A stretch of DNA of 64,000 nt, taken from the NCBI RefSeq assembly GCF_004010195.1, contig NC_057718.1:42360901-42424900 (forward strand), in the 5' to 3' direction. A program made the translations under genes and the position numbers. Position 1 is the stretch's first letter. Each line of letters begins with the position of its first letter. Shown here in pieces: positions 63,593 to 64,000 of the stretch. Under the pieces are notes generated by a model that saw nothing but the letters and a program-made list of their open reading frames with translations, was not told where the DNA came from and did not search any database. Source of the stretch: Chiloscyllium plagiosum (taxonomy: Eukaryota).

Positions 63593-63643
63593 CCTGACAG
63601 CCATTTCATTGTAGAAATTCATCTTCATAATAAAATATGCTCT
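63593..63643 (-). CDS. SPATA17: SPATA17 coding exon (51 bp, phase 0/0): RAYFIMKMNFYNEMAVR
   Basis: Minus strand tcttctttaattcacAG|AGAGCATAT...GTCAGG|GTaaat. The peptide matches recalled human SPATA17 VAYYTMMMNLYNAMAVR and joins in frame to the next exon. Confidence 0.9.
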
Positions 63644-64000
63644 CTGTGAATTAAAGAAGATAGCACAGACTGTAGTTACAGGAAGATATAGCTCAAAGTT
63701 GACATATAAAAGTTAAAAATCTTTATAAATAATACATAATAAGAATTGCAGTGACAGACAGAAAAAACTCCAATTGTGCATTCAAAAGACAGCTATCGTT
63801 TTATGTATAATGCAAACGTAACCATTAAAACATACTATATTCAAATTACATGCTGTTGGAGATAAATTATGATGAAAAGATCTGCATTGAGTTTTATGAT
63901 CAATGTTACTCTACCAAGACCAGAATTACAAAAGACAAAATATCCACAAGTGCTGATGGCAATCTGTATTGTAGAGTTTGAGCCATAGGTCTTTTAAAGA

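Noticed and set aside
16925..63643. Near-regular exon spacing (14-17 kb)
   Set aside because: Only three introns, each filled by independent TE insertions. Coincidence is sufficient.

Overview
Vertebrate (cartilaginous fish) genomic DNA. The HE1-type SINEs and HER1/CR1 LINEs point to a shark, plausibly a bamboo shark or other carpet shark. The whole window lies inside one large-intron gene on the minus strand: four in-frame coding exons (63593-63643, 48424-48527, 33927-34050, 16925-17125) that I recognise from memory of the human protein as SPATA17 (IQ-motif protein). The introns are packed with CR1/HER1, L2, RTE and Tx1 LINE pieces, tRNA-derived SINEs, a degenerate Gypsy element with a related solo LTR, a TA-flanked MITE and Penelope-like elements (PLEs). 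There is an assembly gap at 39958-40555. The most interesting signal is a set of minimal type I hammerhead-ribozyme motifs (CUGANGA-stem II-GAAA-palindromic stem III-NUH). They occur in PLE ends and in short (about 130-250 bp), TSD-flanked, often palindromic non-coding retroposons. Two of these retroposons have captured inverted copies of host flanking DNA, and two intact motifs lie in the sense orientation of the SPATA17 pre-mRNA. No searches were run; all family assignments come from visual recognition.
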